A stretch of DNA of 64,000 bases from contig CAVTRN010000001.1 in the NCBI GenBank assembly GCA_963737155.1, forward strand, positions 256,001 to 320,000, read 5' to 3'. Positions 1 to 10,909 of this stretch are shown one piece after another. The position numbers and the translations under genes are program-made. A model generated the notes under the pieces. The model was not told where the DNA came from and ran no database searches. It saw nothing but the letters and a program-made list of their open reading frames with translations. Position 1 is the stretch's first letter. Each line of letters starts with the position of its first letter. Source of the stretch: Nitrospirota bacterium (GTDB lineage: Bacteria; Nitrospirota; UBA9217).

Positions 1-44
1 TTGAAGATTCTGGCTTTGCAGGGATACCGCTTGGTTTCATCCAT
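1..44 (-). CDS. Possible 5' end of an unidentified gene running off the left edge
   Basis: ATG at 44 (MDETKRYPCKARIF...) open to the edge; TTGACA-N16-TATTTT upstream on the minus strand. Too short to identify. Confidence 0.25.
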   Translation of the reverse strand, partial: MDETKRYPCKARIF

Positions 45-610
45 GCAGAATGAGCTTCCGGACGGCCTTGATCTAGGCGAGGAAAATATTTTCCCTGCCT
101 TGCCTGTCAATATACCGTTCCTGAAAACATGGCATTTTATTACAAACAGCAATGACGGCAATCGACCAGTGCTACTGCCGGTTAACGTCAGGGATTTTTG
201 CCCTGATTCTGCCCAAATACCGTTGTTTGGTAACCGGAATCGCTCCCGGAGCCTTTTCAGTTCCAACTATAACTGGCATGAAGCCGTAAAGATAACGCTG
301 TCGGCATGGATGATGACCTCTTTTGCAATTCAGCACAGCATGGGATCAAGGGCAATAAACTGGGTGCGATGTGGGTTGTGCAACCCAACAGTCGTGCGAG
401 CTTCTCTATTTTTATATAGTGTTTAGGGCGCGAATTTTTGATTGCAATTCTAACAAAGGGACCTGCACAAAAACAAAGCACCGTTGCCGGCGCGGAACTA
501 CGCAATTATGCTTCGGCAGATCCTCCTCTCCGCGCCTGACAGCTGCCTTTTTGCTCTTGAATTCGCTATGGCATTCTGCTACTATATCCCGCACTAGGTC
601 AGGAGGCTTC

Positions 611-1099
611 TTGCAACGGGCGGACTTAACAACCAGAGCAGTTGCGAGCTTTGTGGATTTTCTGCTCATCGTCGGCTTGTCCCGGCTGCCTGATGTACTT
701 GGTATTCTGTCCGCCACGGGATATATTCTTATTCGTGACGGCCTGTTTGAACGCCAGAGCGTCGGGAAAAAACTGATCGGAATCCGCGTAATGACGTCGG
801 AGCCCTCCGGTCCATCCGTTACATACCGAGAATCTATCATAAGAAATGTAACATTTGCCGCGGCCTATCTTCTCTTCTTGATTCCCTATGCAGGATGGGT
901 TCTCGGCCCACTAGTTGTCGGCGCCGAGTGTCTTGCCACCATCGGCGACGAGCGTGGCATGCGCGTCGGGGACCTGATCGCGCGAACGGTTGTGATCCAG
1001 GAATCCCCTGTTACAACACGGACGCCTGAGGAACCGAAGCAACAACCCGCCGCAAACCCATCCGGCGCAGCATCAACGCTTGATACGTATCAGCCCTGA
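611..1099 (+). CDS. RDD-family membrane protein
   Basis: AGGAGG at 601-606 then TTG at 611, in frame with ORF 371..1099; R..A..VD, RDG..QSVGKKLIGIRV and GMRVGDLIARTVV are RDD-type motifs. Confidence 0.8.
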   Translation: MQRADLTTRAVASFVDFLLIVGLSRLPDVLGILSATGYILIRDGLFERQSVGKKLIGIRVMTSEPSGPSVTYRESIIRNVTFAAAYLLFLIPYAGWVLGPLVVGAECLATIGDERGMRVGDLIARTVVIQESPVTTRTPEEPKQQPAANPSGAASTLDTYQP

Positions 1100-1226
1100 A
1101 GAACAGCATCACGAAACCGGGTTATCCGGCGGCATGGATTGCACTGACACCAGTCCTCTCAAACATGCCCGTATGCTTCGCAGGCGCGGGTAGTGAAGGT
1201 TTTTCTAAAAGGAGCTTCTGAAGACT

Positions 1227-2252
1227 ATGTTTATCAATTCTATCATGGGCTGGTTCTCGAACGATATGGCCATTGATCTCGGCACCGCGAACACGCTGGT
1301 GTACGTCAAGGGCAAGGGAATCGTATGCAATGAGCCTTCCGTAATCGCCATATCGCTCAAAACAGGAAAGGTGCTTGCCGTCGGCTCCGAGGCAAAAAAG
1401 ATGCTCGGTCGGACGCCCGGCGACGTTAAAACAATCCGCCCTATCAAGGACGGGGTCATTTCAGACTTTGACTATACCGGGGAAATGCTCAAATATTTTA
1501 TTCAGCGCGTGCACAACCGGAAAGCCTTCATGCGGCCGCGTATCGTCATCGGAGTCCCCTCCGGCATTACCCAGGTGGAGCAGCGTGCCGTAAAGGACGC
1601 TGCGGTTTCCTCAGGCGGACGCGATGTCTACCTTATCGAAGAGCCCGTGGCTGCGGCCATTGGGACGGGCCTGCCCATATCGGAACCGTCGGGGAACATG
1701 ATTGTCGACATCGGGGGCGGGACAACGGACATCGCCGTCATTTCAATGGACGGCGTAGTCTACAGCAAGGCCATCCGCGTGGGCGGCGACAAAATGGATG
1801 AATCTATCATCAACTACATCAAGCGGAAATACAACCTGCTCATTGGTGAGATGATGGCAGAGCATATCAAGATTGAGCTGGGATCTGCCTGTAAGACAGA
1901 CAATGAACGGCACACCATGGAGATCAAGGGCCGCGACCTCGTATCGGGCATCCCCAAGACACTTATCCTCGATGGCGACGAGGTGCGTGAAGCACTCGCG
2001 GAGCCGGTTAGCCAGATCCTGAACGGCATCAAGATGGCCCTTGAAAACACGCCGCCGGAGCTTTCGGCCGACATCGTGGACAAGGGGATCGTGCTGGCGG
2101 GGGGCGGCGCACTGCTCAAAGGACTGGACGTCTTTCTGCGCGATGAAACATCGCTCCCGATCATCATCGCCGAGGATCCGCTGACTTGCGTGGCGCTCGG
2201 AGCCGGCAAGGTCCTTGATGACGAGCAGATCCTGAAAAAGGTCATGATGTAG
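1227..2252 (+). CDS. mreB: Rod shape-determining actin homolog MreB
   Basis: DLGTANT, EPSV, DIGGGTT and LAGGGALL motifs; first gene of mreBCD-mrdA-rodA. Confidence 0.98.
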   Translation: MFINSIMGWFSNDMAIDLGTANTLVYVKGKGIVCNEPSVIAISLKTGKVLAVGSEAKKMLGRTPGDVKTIRPIKDGVISDFDYTGEMLKYFIQRVHNRKAFMRPRIVIGVPSGITQVEQRAVKDAAVSSGGRDVYLIEEPVAAAIGTGLPISEPSGNMIVDIGGGTTDIAVISMDGVVYSKAIRVGGDKMDESIINYIKRKYNLLIGEMMAEHIKIELGSACKTDNERHTMEIKGRDLVSGIPKTLILDGDEVREALAEPVSQILNGIKMALENTPPELSADIVDKGIVLAGGGALLKGLDVFLRDETSLPIIIAEDPLTCVALGAGKVLDDEQILKKVMM

Positions 2253-2271
2253 TGTGGGAACGGCCTGCGGG

Positions 2272-3078
2272 ATGAATGGGTTTATCGTAAAAAGCAAAAA
2301 AAGCATTATTATTCTTCTTCTCTTCGCGACCTTGTTCTGGATTGTAACCGTGCAGATCAAGAAGGGACGGTTCACGATCCTGGAAAAGCCGGTCCTCGCT
2401 GTCTCGGGAGTCCTCGAACGCATTATAGCCTGGCCGATTAATACCGTCGTGTCGATCGGCAGGGGTTATATTTTTCTTGTCAACACTGAGCAGGAGAACC
2501 AGAGGCTCGAGAGGGAGATCGGCCGCCTAAAAATAGGAACCGGAGTGACCAGCGAACTCATACTCGAGAATGATCGGCTCAGGGAGATGCTTAACTTCAA
2601 GAAATTGCAGCCGCCCTCCACGATCGCGGTTCAAGTCATCGGGAAGGAACTGTCGCCCGCCTCGAACACCATCACCATCAATAAAGGTTCCAAAGACCAA
2701 ATCCATGAGGATATGGCCGTAATTTCGGCTGATGGCGTAGTCGGCAGGGTCCAAACGGTTCTGCCCGACACCTCAAAAGTATTTCTCCTTACTGACCCCG
2801 GGAGCACAATTGCCGTCATGGTTCAACGGAACCGAGAGGAAGGCCTGCTCGAAGGCAAGCTGGTCAAATGCGCCATGAAATACGTCTCTTACTATGCCGA
2901 CGTCCAGGAAGGCGACCTCGTGGTCACCTCAGGACTCGATGGTATTTACCCGAAAGGCCTTGCCGTCGGGACAGTCACCAAGGTGGTTAAACAGGAAGCC
3001 GTGGCTTTCCAGACCGTCGTAGTAGAACCTGCTGTCCGGTTTTCCCGCCTGGAAGAAGCGCTGGTACTCGCGAAATGA
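2272..3078 (+). CDS. mreC: Rod shape-determining protein MreC
   Basis: N-terminal TM, coiled coil (ENQRL, ENDRLREML), GVVGRV, VVTSGLDGIYPKGL; follows mreB. Start could be GTG at 2254. Confidence 0.95.
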   Translation: MNGFIVKSKKSIIILLLFATLFWIVTVQIKKGRFTILEKPVLAVSGVLERIIAWPINTVVSIGRGYIFLVNTEQENQRLEREIGRLKIGTGVTSELILENDRLREMLNFKKLQPPSTIAVQVIGKELSPASNTITINKGSKDQIHEDMAVISADGVVGRVQTVLPDTSKVFLLTDPGSTIAVMVQRNREEGLLEGKLVKCAMKYVSYYADVQEGDLVVTSGLDGIYPKGLAVGTVTKVVKQEAVAFQTVVVEPAVRFSRLEEALVLAK

Positions 3079-3587
3079 AACCGTACGTATACGCCCTTAT
3101 CCTCGTTTTGATCATTCCGCTCCAATCCACCCTCCTCAATACCGTCTCGGTGTTCGGCATAAAGCCGGACCTTGCCCTCGTCGTCCTGTTCATCATCGGA
3201 ATGTTAACCAGCCCTGTTGAGGCTGCACTAGCGGGGATGAGCATCGGCCTGGTGCAGGACATCGGATCCGCGAGTCTTTTCGGGTTTTCGGGACTGACAC
3301 GGGGACTCGTGGGTCTTGGCGCGGGCCTGCTAGGCTCACGGGTGCTCGATATTTCCAATCCCGTTATCGTGCTCTTCCCGGCCGTCTTCAGCCTGGCCGA
3401 GGGTATTCTTATCATGCTCTTCCTGCAGGTGAACTATGGAGCGGTCCCCATGGTCGCCATGATCACGGGCCGCCTGATTCCCCAGGCGATCTATACAAGT
3501 GTGCTTGGCTTCTTTTTGCTTCGCCTTGTCAACAGGCGCGACATCCTCCGCCTGTTGAAACGAAGAAATATCCAGAAGGAGTTGTAA
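3075..3587 (+). CDS. mreD: Rod shape-determining protein MreD
   Basis: Hydrophobic 170 aa with KPDL and GLVQD motifs; ATGA overlap with mreC. Confidence 0.92.
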   Translation: MKPYVYALILVLIIPLQSTLLNTVSVFGIKPDLALVVLFIIGMLTSPVEAALAGMSIGLVQDIGSASLFGFSGLTRGLVGLGAGLLGSRVLDISNPVIVLFPAVFSLAEGILIMLFLQVNYGAVPMVAMITGRLIPQAIYTSVLGFFLLRLVNRRDILRLLKRRNIQKEL

Positions 3588-5399
3588 ATGCTGCACCAGC
3601 ACGATAATCCAGCGGACATTCAGAGAAGGCTCCCCCTGCTCGCCGTATTCGTCGCCATCTTTACGCTTGCCCTGTTCGCTCGTCTCTGGTACCTGCAGGC
3701 CGTCAGAGGCAACTACTATTACGAGCAGGCGGAGAACAACCGCATCAGGCCTTTAAAGCTCCGTCCGCCGCGGGGCATCATCTACGACCGTTACGGCAGG
3801 CCACTCGTGGAGAACGTTCTCACCTTCGACATTTCGCTCGTTCCGGAAGACGCAAAGAATCTCGAGAGCACGGTCGGGAAGATATCCTCGATTCTGAAAA
3901 TCGACGATGCTTCCATCCGCGAGGCGCTCGACGAAGCGACTCCTGTACGGACCAATTATGAACCTGTCAAGATCAGGGAGGACGCGTCCTGGAATGAAGT
4001 CGCCCTCGTCGAGTCGCACCAGGAGGATCTTCCGGGGACCATCATCGAGCCGGAGCACCTCAGGCATTACCCCTATGGAGGTCTTGCATCGCATCAGCTG
4101 GGTTATATCGGCAAAATCACGCAAACCGAGCTGAAGAAGAACCCAGCCGAGTTCGGCCTCCTCACGGGCCAGGCAGGCCTTGAAAAGATATACGACAAAT
4201 ATCTTCGCGGAATACCAGGACAGCGCATGATCCAGGTAAATGCGGCGGGGAGGAAAGTGAAGGACCTGGGAATCAAAGAGCCCCGGCCCGGCTTGGACCT
4301 GTACCTCACAATCGACCTCGATGCTCAAAAGGCGGCCGAGGAGGGGCTTGGTGACCGGTCGGGCGCCGTGGTGGCAATGGACCCCAACACCGGTGAAATC
4401 CTGGCCATTGCCAGTCACCCCAACTACGATCCCAACCTGTTCCCGCGGGGAATTTCAGCGGAAGACTGGGTCCGCTTTTCCCACGATCCCGCGCATCCCA
4501 TGTACGATCGCGCGATTCAGAGCGTCTATCCTCCTGGTTCAACCTTTAAGATTATCGTTGCGCTTGCAGGTCTTGAGTACGGAATAATCAAGCCCGATGA
4601 TACTGTCACTTGCCGGGGGGCGCTCTCTTCCGGTAAACACTCGTTCCGGTGCTGGAAAAAAGGTGGCCATGGCTTGATCTCGCTTCACCGAGCCCTTGTC
4701 GAGTCCTGCGACGTCTACTTCTATACCATGGGAGATCGGATCGGATGGGACCGCGTTGCCGCGTATGCGAAAAGGCTCGGGTTAGGGAGCCTCACGGGCA
4801 TTCCCTTACCCGGTGAGAAACCGGGACTGATCCCGACAACAGCCTGGAAGAAGAAACGAACCGGCGAAAATTGGTACGGCGGAGACACATTCATTAATTC
4901 CATAGGCCAGGGATATGACCTTGTAAGCCCGATCCAGGCATGCCAGCTGATGAGTCTTGTGTCAAACGGCGGATATTTCTATCGCCCCACGCTGCTAAAG
5001 GAAACGCGAAACCGTGAGACCGGGGTGGTTAAAACATTTTCTTCCGACATAAGGGGCAAAACGATTATTGATCCCGCAGCGCTGGAACTGGTGCGTCAGG
5101 CCCTCGCCGGCGTCGTAGTCGAGCCTGGAGGCACCGGCCACGCCGCCCAAACACCGCTGGCGACAGTGGCCGGAAAAACGGGAACGGCCCAGGTCATCGC
5201 GCAGAAAGTCGCGGGCCGGCAGCTTGCCGAAGAATCCAGGGACCATGCATGGTTCATTGCTTATGCGCCGGTGGAAGACCCTAAAATCGCAGTCGCCGTT
5301 CTTATCGAGCACGGGGTACATGGCGCTGCGGCAGCGCCAGTGGCGAAGCGAGTCATTGAGGAGTATTTGAAAAATGTTGCGTCAAAGATGGTTCACTAA
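3588..5399 (+). CDS. mrdA: Penicillin-binding protein 2
   Basis: PPRG dimerisation domain, YPPGSTFK (SxxK), SCD (SxN variant typical of PBP2), KTGTAQ. Confidence 0.96.
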   Translation: MLHQHDNPADIQRRLPLLAVFVAIFTLALFARLWYLQAVRGNYYYEQAENNRIRPLKLRPPRGIIYDRYGRPLVENVLTFDISLVPEDAKNLESTVGKISSILKIDDASIREALDEATPVRTNYEPVKIREDASWNEVALVESHQEDLPGTIIEPEHLRHYPYGGLASHQLGYIGKITQTELKKNPAEFGLLTGQAGLEKIYDKYLRGIPGQRMIQVNAAGRKVKDLGIKEPRPGLDLYLTIDLDAQKAAEEGLGDRSGAVVAMDPNTGEILAIASHPNYDPNLFPRGISAEDWVRFSHDPAHPMYDRAIQSVYPPGSTFKIIVALAGLEYGIIKPDDTVTCRGALSSGKHSFRCWKKGGHGLISLHRALVESCDVYFYTMGDRIGWDRVAAYAKRLGLGSLTGIPLPGEKPGLIPTTAWKKKRTGENWYGGDTFINSIGQGYDLVSPIQACQLMSLVSNGGYFYRPTLLKETRNRETGVVKTFSSDIRGKTIIDPAALELVRQALAGVVVEPGGTGHAAQTPLATVAGKTGTAQVIAQKVAGRQLAEESRDHAWFIAYAPVEDPKIAVAVLIEHGVHGAAAAPVAKRVIEEYLKNVASKMVH

Positions 5400-6504
5400 T
5401 CTACCCTGGGGCATGGTCGTTCTCGTGCTCACCATCGCGGCATTCGGGCTTGCCGCAGTGTACAGCGCAACTTACACCGTGCGCGGTCCATCGCCCCTTT
5501 TTTTTAAGCAGGCTGTCTGGATCTCCATCGGCATCATCATCATGTTTCTCATGCTCATACCGGATTATCATTCCATTGGCCGCTACGCGTACATTTTCTA
5601 TGCCATCTCGGTCTTCCTTTTGCTTCTCGTCATGATCTTCGGGAGAACCGGGATGGGAGCGCAGCGGTGGCTCGCCATCGGCTCCTTCGTTTTCCAGCCG
5701 TCGGAATTCGCGAAACTTTCCGTTACGCTGGCCCTCGCGCGGTTCTTCGCAGAGGACCCGAAGCGCGGCGGCTACAAGCTGAAAGAATTGGCCATCCCGG
5801 GGGCCATGGTTTTCGTCCCCCTGTTACTCGTGCTCAAACAGCCCGACCTCGGTACGGCGCTCATGCTGCTGCTTACCGCATCGTTGATCGTTATCCTGGC
5901 TGGCATCCACCTGCGTACCGTCATGGTCATTCTGCTGACTATGGCTCTTGTAGGATCGCTGTTTTTTTTCGTGTCGCCTGTCCGGAACAAGATCTGGAGC
6001 TCGCTGAAGCCCTACCAGCAGAACAGGATCAAGGCATTTATCGACCCGAGCTCCGATCCGCTCGGAAGCGGGTATCATGCAATCCAATCAAAGATAGCCG
6101 TGGGATCGGGCCAGATCACGGGCAAGGGGTATCGCAAGGGCACGCAGAGCCAGATGGCTTTCCTGCCCGACCGGCATACGGACTTCATCTTCGCCGTTAT
6201 CGCCGAGGAAACGGGCCTGGTCGGCTCTAGTGTGCTGATCATGCTGTACCTGGCCCTTCTCCTGGTCGGCGTGGATACGGCTAAGAATGCCAAGGACCGT
6301 CTCGGCGTTCTCATGGCCGGAGGCATTGTCTCCATGATTTCGATCTATGTGTTCATCAATGTCGGCATGGCGGTGGGCATCGTACCCGTTGTTGGCGTGC
6401 CGCTCCCTCTCGTGAGTTACGGCGGAACATCCGTAATCACGACCTTCCTCGCACTTGGATTGCTCTTGAATATCCAGACAAGACGGTTTATGCTATTCTA
6501 CTAA
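5374..6504 (+). CDS. rodA: SEDS glycosyltransferase RodA
   Basis: GAQRW, FQPSEFAK, QPDLGT, HTDFIF, PLVSYGG motifs; follows PBP2. Confidence 0.96.
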   Translation: MLRQRWFTNLPWGMVVLVLTIAAFGLAAVYSATYTVRGPSPLFFKQAVWISIGIIIMFLMLIPDYHSIGRYAYIFYAISVFLLLLVMIFGRTGMGAQRWLAIGSFVFQPSEFAKLSVTLALARFFAEDPKRGGYKLKELAIPGAMVFVPLLLVLKQPDLGTALMLLLTASLIVILAGIHLRTVMVILLTMALVGSLFFFVSPVRNKIWSSLKPYQQNRIKAFIDPSSDPLGSGYHAIQSKIAVGSGQITGKGYRKGTQSQMAFLPDRHTDFIFAVIAEETGLVGSSVLIMLYLALLLVGVDTAKNAKDRLGVLMAGGIVSMISIYVFINVGMAVGIVPVVGVPLPLVSYGGTSVITTFLALGLLLNIQTRRFMLFY

Positions 6505-6594
6505 TGCGTGGGCGACGGCGCATGTCGCAAAGTGCACTGATCGACGGGCTGTCCCCTGCAGCCCCATGCTCTCTGCGTCCTCAAAGGAGTTTAC

Positions 6595-9096
6595 TTGTAC
6601 GAAGATTTCCTCCCCCTCATTTCCAAGCCGGGCAGATACATCAACAATGAGATCAACGCCGTTCACAAGGATCTTTCCCGGATCAAAACCAAGGTTTGCC
6701 TCTTCTTTCCCGATGCCTACGAAGTCGGCATGTCGCATATCGGGCTGCGCGTACTCTACGACATTTTGAACAGCAGGCCTGACACGGCTTGCGAGCGGGT
6801 ATTTTCACCCTGGCTAGATTATGAGGCCCGACTTCGCGCTGCAGGCAGGCCACTCCGGAGCCTTGAGTCGAACCTTCCCCTCACCGCGTTCGACATCATT
6901 GGGATCACGCTCCAGTACGAGCTGTCCTATTCCAATATTCTGGCCGGCCTTGAGCTTGCCGGCATCCCCTTGCGCAGAGAAAATCGGCTTGAGGGACATC
7001 CAGTCGTCATGGCAGGCGGTCCATGCGCGGTAAATCCCGGTCCGCTATCGGACTTTATCGACGTTTTCTTCATTGGTGAGGCGGAAGAGGATCTGCACTC
7101 CATCATCGAACTTCACCAGCAGCATCGGAGTAAGGCGGAATATCTTGAGGCGCTTTCTCAGCGCCCCGGATTTTATGTTCCGTCGCTCGGTGAAAAGATC
7201 GTCCGTAGACGCTTCATTAAGGACCTCGAATCAGCATCCTATCCCGACAAGCCTCTCGTTCCGCTCATGAAGCCTATTCATGACCGCGTCACCGTTGAGG
7301 TCGCGCGCGGATGCATTCGCGGGTGCCGCTTCTGCCAAGCGGGCATTATTTACCGCCCTTACCGGGAGCGAAGTAGCCAGAGGGTCAAGGATCTCCTGAG
7401 CGAGTCGCTTCGCTGTACCGGGTACGACGAACTATCACTCGCTTCCCTCAGTGCCGGCGACTACTCCGGAATCCAGACGCTGATGAGAGACCTTGTCGAT
7501 ACCTACCGGGACGACCGCATTTCCCTGTCGCTCCCGTCGTTGCGCATCGGCACGCTCACTCCCGAAATGATCCGAGCCGTGGCCGGAGTGCGCAAAGCGG
7601 GATTCACGCTCGCGCCCGAGGCAGGGACAGAGCGGCTAAGGCGCGTGATCAACAAGCCCGTTACCGATGGAGACCTCATGAGCGCGGCGCGGACGATCTT
7701 CGCGACCGGATGGAGCGTTCTGAAACTCTATTTCATGATCGGCCTCCCGACAGAAACAGAGAAGGACCTCGACGGCATTATCAGGCTGGCGCAGGAGCTT
7801 CTGGCACTCGGAAAAATCACTTCCAAACGCCATATCCAGATCAACATCACGGTCTCAACATTCGTTCCAAAACCCCACACCCCATTCCAGTGGTTTGGCC
7901 AGGCGACGCGTGATGAGATCAAAGCGAAGCATGCCTATCTCGCAAAAAGCCTTAGGAAGAAAGGCATTTCGCTGAAGCCCCACAACCCGGAGACCAGCCT
8001 GATCGAGGGCGCTTTTGCCCGCGGCGACAGCAGTCTCGGCAGGGTCATCGAGGAAGCAGTGCGCCTCGGCTGCCGGTTCGACGGCTGGTCCGAGTGTTTT
8101 AATTTTACGAAATGGGAACAGGCGTTCCAAGCATGCGGACTGGACCCGGTTGCATATGCATGCCGGACGTTTGGCCAGGATGAGCCGTTGCCCTGGGATT
8201 TCATTCATACCGGCGTGACGAAAAATTTTCTTCAGCAGGAATACCGGCGTGCAGTATCGGAAACTGTTACGGAGAACTGCCGCGTCCAATGCGAGGCTTG
8301 CGGAATCGGGTGTCGGGAGGGTGGTACACAGCAGTTCGGCATGCCAACGAGTTCAGCAGAGAAAATTCAACAGGCGGACTGCACCCTTGATGCCCGCCGC
8401 ATCCGTGTGGCGGAGGTCAAGCCGGCTCCCCGCATACGGTTGAAATTTTCAAAAACAGGCCGTCTCCGTTTTTTATCCCACCTCGACCTCATAACCCTCT
8501 TCCAGCGGGCTGCAGCGCGGGCCGGCGTGCCGATCTCCTTTACTCAGGGTTTTAACCCTCATCCGAGGATCGCATTCGGTCCCGCAATTGCCGTAGGAAT
8601 GGAAAGCACCTCGGAATATCTCGATATGGAAACCTCGGTATTCATCGATCTGCTGTCGACCACACAAGCGCTGAACAGCGCCCTGCCGGATGGATTTCGG
8701 ATCCTGGAGTCGCGGATTATCCCTCCGAAGGCGCCCTCGCTCTCGGACAGCATCAGCCGTTATCGTTATGAAATCGATGTCCCGAGAACCAGCGCGGATA
8801 GGCTTCAAGAGCGGCTGATCTCGTTCCTGTCGCGAACATCGGTGATTGTTTCGAGAAACGAAAAACAGAAAGACATCCGGCCGTGCATTGAATCGGCAAC
8901 CATAAAATCATTGGATAATCCTCGTGAAATTGAAGTCACACTTATCGACCACGATCAGCTCAAGCCCCGCGTGCAGGATGTCATCGCCCAGCTCTTTTCT
9001 TTGGAAGCTGAGCAAGCATCGTTGATCAGGATCACGCGGACCGGCATGTTTTCCCGTGATGGGGACAGGTGGCGGGATCCTATGGATGCTCGTTAA
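6595..9096 (+). CDS. Radical SAM protein (TIGR03960-like) fused to a C-terminal TIGR03936/DUF2344-like domain
   Basis: RGCIRGCRFC (CxxxCxxC), FVPKPHTPFQ, C-terminal RFLSHLDL..GFNPHPRI; usual position between rodA and rng. Confidence 0.88.
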   Translation: MYEDFLPLISKPGRYINNEINAVHKDLSRIKTKVCLFFPDAYEVGMSHIGLRVLYDILNSRPDTACERVFSPWLDYEARLRAAGRPLRSLESNLPLTAFDIIGITLQYELSYSNILAGLELAGIPLRRENRLEGHPVVMAGGPCAVNPGPLSDFIDVFFIGEAEEDLHSIIELHQQHRSKAEYLEALSQRPGFYVPSLGEKIVRRRFIKDLESASYPDKPLVPLMKPIHDRVTVEVARGCIRGCRFCQAGIIYRPYRERSSQRVKDLLSESLRCTGYDELSLASLSAGDYSGIQTLMRDLVDTYRDDRISLSLPSLRIGTLTPEMIRAVAGVRKAGFTLAPEAGTERLRRVINKPVTDGDLMSAARTIFATGWSVLKLYFMIGLPTETEKDLDGIIRLAQELLALGKITSKRHIQINITVSTFVPKPHTPFQWFGQATRDEIKAKHAYLAKSLRKKGISLKPHNPETSLIEGAFARGDSSLGRVIEEAVRLGCRFDGWSECFNFTKWEQAFQACGLDPVAYACRTFGQDEPLPWDFIHTGVTKNFLQQEYRRAVSETVTENCRVQCEACGIGCREGGTQQFGMPTSSAEKIQQADCTLDARRIRVAEVKPAPRIRLKFSKTGRLRFLSHLDLITLFQRAAARAGVPISFTQGFNPHPRIAFGPAIAVGMESTSEYLDMETSVFIDLLSTTQALNSALPDGFRILESRIIPPKAPSLSDSISRYRYEIDVPRTSADRLQERLISFLSRTSVIVSRNEKQKDIRPCIESATIKSLDNPREIEVTLIDHDQLKPRVQDVIAQLFSLEAEQASLIRITRTGMFSRDGDRWRDPMDAR

Positions 9097-9443
9097 ATGC
9101 CGGCGTATAGGAAAATACTGCCCCGCGTGGAATTTATTTCCTTACTTTCAGCATGAAAGGGACTCTTAGCTGCAATGGACAAGGTTTGGGTGGACAAAGC
9201 TTGAACGGAGATAATTGTAAATGAATGGCCGCCTGCGGATTACTCTCTCTTCTTAACAAAGATATACATCAATTTTTCATCATCTGCCAGGTGTGAATTT
9301 AAATTGCTCTGCAGTTGCAATAACGTGCGATAATATATTGCATTAAAAAGATTAATTCGATTTTCGACTGCAGAATTTGGGTTATTAATTATTGTTTTTC
9401 AGCTTATAGCGTCTTTGTCCATGGTTCCAACTACTGCCAATAA

Positions 9444-10550
9444 TCAGGCCATTTGGGCAAGCGTGCATTTCCGCGCAAAATTTCCAGCAACAAATTTCCG
9501 GTCTGCGAAACAGGGCAGCAGGCTCGGAACTACGGTGTTTTTCCCGTTTGCTTTGGCTTGATACAGCCGTTCATCGGCCTCTTGCAGAAGGCTTTCGCTG
9601 TCCTGCTTATCGTCCAGGCTCCCAACGCCCAAACTCGCCGATACGGTTAAATTCGTATCACCAACCTTGACTAGATGCTCCGAGATCGCCTGGCGGAGCT
9701 TATGCGCGAGTTGTACGGCATGGTATAGCGGCGTATCGGGAAGAACCAGTAGAAATTCCTCGCCGCCATATCGCACAAAATAATCCGACTTCCGAACCAT
9801 AGCCCGTATCACAGTCGCCATCTCTTTGAGCACCGCATCGCCAGCCAAATGGCCGTGCACATCATTGATTCCCTTGAAATTATCCATGTCAAACATGATC
9901 ACCGAAAGATCGTTTTTGTATCTTCGGGCATATGCTACAGCGTTATCGAGGAACGTGCCGAGCGCACGACGATTGTAGCAGCTAGTCAGAGGATCGATCG
10001 CTGCCGCGCTTTCGAGTTGCTTAATACTGAGGTTCTTTTCCAGAGCTATGCTGATGGAGTTGATGATTGTGCCGATTATTGCATCATGGTGATAGAGCAT
10101 CCTTCTTTTCGGCGAAATATACAACCGTGCAGAATAAATTCCCTCGATAACTTTGTAAGATATAATGTTATTTGTGTCTATAATGTCATTAATATGACGT
10201 TCTTCTGGTGTTTTGTTCTCAAAATACCTCATGGTATAGTCAATTTTTTGACTGTTGAAATCTCTCTGCACAAATGCGGAAAATTCTTCACTATATACAC
10301 GGGGATCGATCCACAGATCCATCGAACTTCCTTTCAGAAGTGCAAATCCGAAAAGCTCATAATCCAGGATATCCTTCAAACAATGCGAAACTTCATAAAG
10401 AATCGCATCTACTTCCTTATGCGTATTTATCTTGAGAATATACTGGCTCAAGGTCTGATAATCGAATCCGCGAACGATGCGGTACCAGAATTCAACGGCC
10501 ATTTTAGCATTATTTAAGAGTTTCTTTATGGAATGATTCATAGTTCTCAT
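9444..10550 (-). CDS. Diguanylate cyclase (GGDEF) with an uncharacterised N-terminal input domain
   Basis: DPLT..NRR, DMDNFKGINDVHGHLAGD, RKSD I-site and RYGGEEF; AGGAGG RBS. Confidence 0.92.
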   Translation of the reverse strand: MRTMNHSIKKLLNNAKMAVEFWYRIVRGFDYQTLSQYILKINTHKEVDAILYEVSHCLKDILDYELFGFALLKGSSMDLWIDPRVYSEEFSAFVQRDFNSQKIDYTMRYFENKTPEERHINDIIDTNNIISYKVIEGIYSARLYISPKRRMLYHHDAIIGTIINSISIALEKNLSIKQLESAAAIDPLTSCYNRRALGTFLDNAVAYARRYKNDLSVIMFDMDNFKGINDVHGHLAGDAVLKEMATVIRAMVRKSDYFVRYGGEEFLLVLPDTPLYHAVQLAHKLRQAISEHLVKVGDTNLTVSASLGVGSLDDKQDSESLLQEADERLYQAKANGKNTVVPSLLPCFADRKFVAGNFARKCTLAQMA

Positions 10551-10569
10551 CCTCCTGCAGACTTAATAA

Positions 10570-10585
10570 AGCAATTCTTATGCCA
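10570..10585 (-). promoter_or_regulatory. sigma54 (-24/-12) promoter of the GGDEF gene
   Basis: Minus strand TGGCATAAGAATTGCT = GG-N10-GC, close to TGGCACG-N4-TTGCW, 20 nt upstream of the ATG. Confidence 0.75.
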
Positions 10586-10909
10586 GAAATTTCTTTACAA
10601 AGTTTTATATGCCATAAAAGAATTGAATCGGCCCTATCCGGTTCTTCCTAAAAAGAAAAAAGTTCTTTTTGTCCTTGTATAAATGGGGCGACTTATTATA
10701 AAATAGCCGCAGAACCTTGGACGGACCGTATATGTTGAGAACCACAACTGGAAATAAAGCGAATTATGGAATAACATTGATGGTATATCCGGTTTTTTTG
10801 TAGTCTTCGTATCATTCTTGACATTGGAGAGAGAGACACTCCAAAAAATTTTGTCTTTTTTGACCGCGTGGTCATTCTAAACGTATCTTCATAACTTCAA
10901 GGAGACAGC

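Noticed and set aside
9444-10000. GGDEF as a Hypr-type (3',3'-cGAMP) cyclase
   Set aside because: The specificity position is Asp (GHLAGD), not Ser, which fits a canonical c-di-GMP cyclase.
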